This document shows positions 5,234 through 7,230 of a stretch of 7,230 nucleotides of DNA, piece by piece (the stretch's first letter is position 1; each line of letters begins with the position of its first letter). Made by a program: the position numbers and the translations under genes. The stretch comes from Candidatus Thorarchaeota archaeon (GTDB lineage Archaea > Asgardarchaeota > Thorarchaeia > Thorarchaeales > Thorarchaeaceae), in contig PRDJ01000009.1 of the NCBI GenBank assembly GCA_003345555.1, positions 1-7,230 on the forward strand, given 5' to 3'. The notes under the pieces were generated by a model, which saw only the letters and a program-made list of their open reading frames with translations, was not told the origin of the DNA and made no database searches.

Positions 5234-7230
5234 TCAGACAACTGTCTCGTGTCGCTGGTAGACTCTGTACTTGAGAAACGCATACATGGCAAATAGCATG
5301 GCTGTACTCAAGAGCGCAGCAGGAGCGACAGCTGTTATCCAGTGCTCCCTCGGGTTCCAGTCAATACCATCGGGGATTCCATCGTAGTCGGTGTCAGGAT
5401 TTGTTGGCGAGAGGCAATACTCCACCTCATAGGCATCACCCAGCCCGTCACCATCTGTATCGCCGCTGTTTGGGTTCAAACCATTGACTATCTCAAACAT
5501 ATCGCTGAGGGCGTCCATGTCCGTATCAGGTGACAGAGGATTAAGCCCGATTGCGACTTCGAGACCGTCATCGAGGCCATCACTGTCAGTATCGACCGTC
5601 AAGGGGTTTGTTCCATATGTGTCTACTTCAACTCCATCATCAAGCCCGTCCTCGTCGGTGTCGGGGTTGATGGGATTTGTCCCAAGAGTCATCTCGGCGC
5701 CGTCCAGCAGCCCATCTCCATCGGTATCCTGGATGAATGGATTGGAACCATGCAAGACCTCCCAGTAGTCAGGTGCTGTATCGCCATCAGTATCTGGATT
5801 TGTCGGGGTTGTGCCCAAGCCAAGCTCGGCATCATCGGGCAAGCCATCCCCGTCTGTATCGACTGAATACGGGCTTGTACCTATACTAACCTCTAGAGTA
5901 TCAGATAGGCCGTCGCCATCGATGTCATTAAGGAAAGCAACAGTGGCCGTGACCAGTGCCGCATTACTGCCAAGATTGCTGACCGTGAAATTGAACTGAC
6001 CTGCGTGTTTTGATAGATACTTCACAACGATGAGGCCGCCGTCTCCCGTTCGTTGGTATAGAAGCTGATGAGAGTCCGCATCGGCTATGGTGGCAGAGAT
6101 TGTTGTGTTCTCGGTCCATCTGACTGTCGCATTAACGAAGCCATTGAACGTCAGCATGAGTTGCTCGGAGACCTGACCCAGTGGATTCAATGTGCTCGTC
6201 ACATAGAATGATGCTGCATCACTACCAAGCATTCCGACATATGCTATGACACAAGCTGCACAGGCTGTGATTTCTTTCGCCTTGTCATAGCTGTACTTGC
6301 TGTTGCTCCACACATCATTGGACGTGTCGTGATATGTGTCATACCAGTATCCTTGAGAAATGTGGATGGCTGGTCTCCCCACCTGCCAAAGCTCGTATGC
6401 CATGGATTTCTGAGCTATGTCCTGGTCGGCAGCATACTGGAGCCTGCCTGCTCCTTTCGAAGTGGATAGTCCCAGCAAGATGTCTGTTGTCCATCCCCCG
6501 TCTTGGTACCTAGAGCTGCCTAGATAGCTTCTCAATGATATCTTCGTTCCATAAAGGAAGCCAATATCATCAAAGAGTATGCGTTCGAATGACAAGGATG
6601 TTACAGTCTGGGTTTGAGTGGAGTCTAGCCAAGAAACGAAAGCTCTAGCTCCAAGGTCGGCGGTGGAACTGCTTGAGTCCCTGTTTATCAAGACGTAGTA
6701 GACATCGCAATACAGAGTGTATTTGCCCAAGACTCGTGCTATTTCGAGAACGGCCGCTACGCTTGAAGCCACTTGGTTGGCGCCCGGCGTTGACCCGGAG
6801 CTAACCACGCCCGTGACAAGAATCGCCTGTCGTGGAGCCGGGCCGACACCGTTCTTGATCGCAAGCAGAGTTCTGTGATCGGTCACTTGACGGAAAGCAA
6901 GTTGCCCTGCAGTGTTGTTCTTCAGAGTATCATTTGCCCACACCCATGCGTTCTGAAGAATCGCTGACGGAGTCTCATTCACTTCGTTCCATACTCTTCC
7001 GGGATATAGTAGCGACAAATCCCGTGTGTAATTCAATAAGCGATTCGCTGAAGTTGCACTCCATATTTCATCCCAGAGTTGAGTAACATTGAAGTCTGAA
7101 GATGACCCGGTTATGACAGGATTCTCGGGGTGCTCGGGCCGTATTTGGGCGATCGGGCCGGCTGAATGAATCGCGCATACTATGATTGCGAGTGTTAGAA
7201 GCGCGAATCCGCTTTCGGCTCGGACCCATC
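5234..7230 (-). CDS. Secreted, C-terminally membrane-anchored protein: degenerate M28 peptidase-like domain + beta-sandwich + TSP3-like repeats + TM helix (5' end outside the window)
   Basis: The frame stays open from the ORF-track TTG at 7036 to the window edge and adds a signal-like segment (FALLTLAIIVCAIHSAG). M28 scaffold: AILVTG..S...PGANxxASSVAAVLEIARVL...DVYYVLIN...YHDTSND. C-terminal hydrophobic helix WITAVAPAALLSTAMLFAMYAFL followed by KYR and a short tail. Eight N-x-S/T sequons in the ectodomain. Confidence 0.85.
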   Translation of the reverse strand, partial: WVRAESGFALLTLAIIVCAIHSAGPIAQIRPEHPENPVITGSSSDFNVTQLWDEIWSATSANRLLNYTRDLSLLYPGRVWNEVNETPSAILQNAWVWANDTLKNNTAGQLAFRQVTDHRTLLAIKNGVGPAPRQAILVTGVVSSGSTPGANQVASSVAAVLEIARVLGKYTLYCDVYYVLINRDSSSSTADLGARAFVSWLDSTQTQTVTSLSFERILFDDIGFLYGTKISLRSYLGSSRYQDGGWTTDILLGLSTSKGAGRLQYAADQDIAQKSMAYELWQVGRPAIHISQGYWYDTYHDTSNDVWSNSKYSYDKAKEITACAACVIAYVGMLGSDAASFYVTSTLNPLGQVSEQLMLTFNGFVNATVRWTENTTISATIADADSHQLLYQRTGDGGLIVVKYLSKHAGQFNFTVSNLGSNAALVTATVAFLNDIDGDGLSDTLEVSIGTSPYSVDTDGDGLPDDAELGLGTTPTNPDTDGDTAPDYWEVLHGSNPFIQDTDGDGLLDGAEMTLGTNPINPDTDEDGLDDGVEVDTYGTNPLTVDTDSDGLDDGLEVAIGLNPLSPDTDMDALSDMFEIVNGLNPNSGDTDGDGLGDAYEVEYCLSPTNPDTDYDGIPDGIDWNPREHWITAVAPAALLSTAMLFAMYAFLKYRVYQRHETVV
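5351..5926 (-). repeat. Tandem TSP3-like Ca2+-binding repeats (8 full units of 22-23 aa plus 1 partial)
   Basis: Consensus DTDxDGLxDxxExxxGxxPxxx, e.g. DIDGDGLSDTLEVSIGTSPYSV, DTDGDGLPDDAELGLGTTPTNP, DTDEDGLDDGVEVDTYGTNPLTV, ending with DTDYDGIPDGIDWNP. Confidence 0.9.

Noticed and set aside
5342-5999. Ser/Pro-rich plus-strand ORFs, and a possible CRISPR or tandem DNA repeat in this region
   Set aside because: These are antisense reflections of the TSP3-like coding repeats. The periodicity is at the protein level (about 66 nt) with synonymous divergence, and there is no identical repeat-spacer structure.

Overview
Archaeal chromosomal segment of about 50% GC. A Thorarchaeia/Asgard origin is plausible from the gene repertoire, but this is an inference and is not proven. 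In order, the window holds: (1) the 5' part of a DUF763 gene on the minus strand, which runs off the left edge and is absent from the ORF track; (2) a Cys-rich DUF3795 gene (minus); (3) a tightly packed plus-strand run of a Thioredoxin_9-like protein, a class I SAM methyltransferase, a small C4 zinc-ribbon protein and the DNA primase large subunit PriL; (4) a convergent OGG1-type 8-oxoguanine glycosylase (minus); and (5) a secreted, membrane-anchored protein (minus, start beyond the right edge) made of a degenerate M28 peptidase fold, a beta-rich domain, about 9 TSP3-like Ca-binding repeats and a C-terminal TM helix. The two most notable observations are an unannotated, structurally complete box C/D guide sRNA in the intergenic gap at about 5107-5176, with a plausible 23S rRNA peptidyl-transferase-centre target, and the apparent loss of the M28 zinc/catalytic residues in the surface protein, a pseudo-peptidase reminiscent of nicastrin/nicalin. 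No mobile element, CRISPR array, tRNA or rRNA was found.
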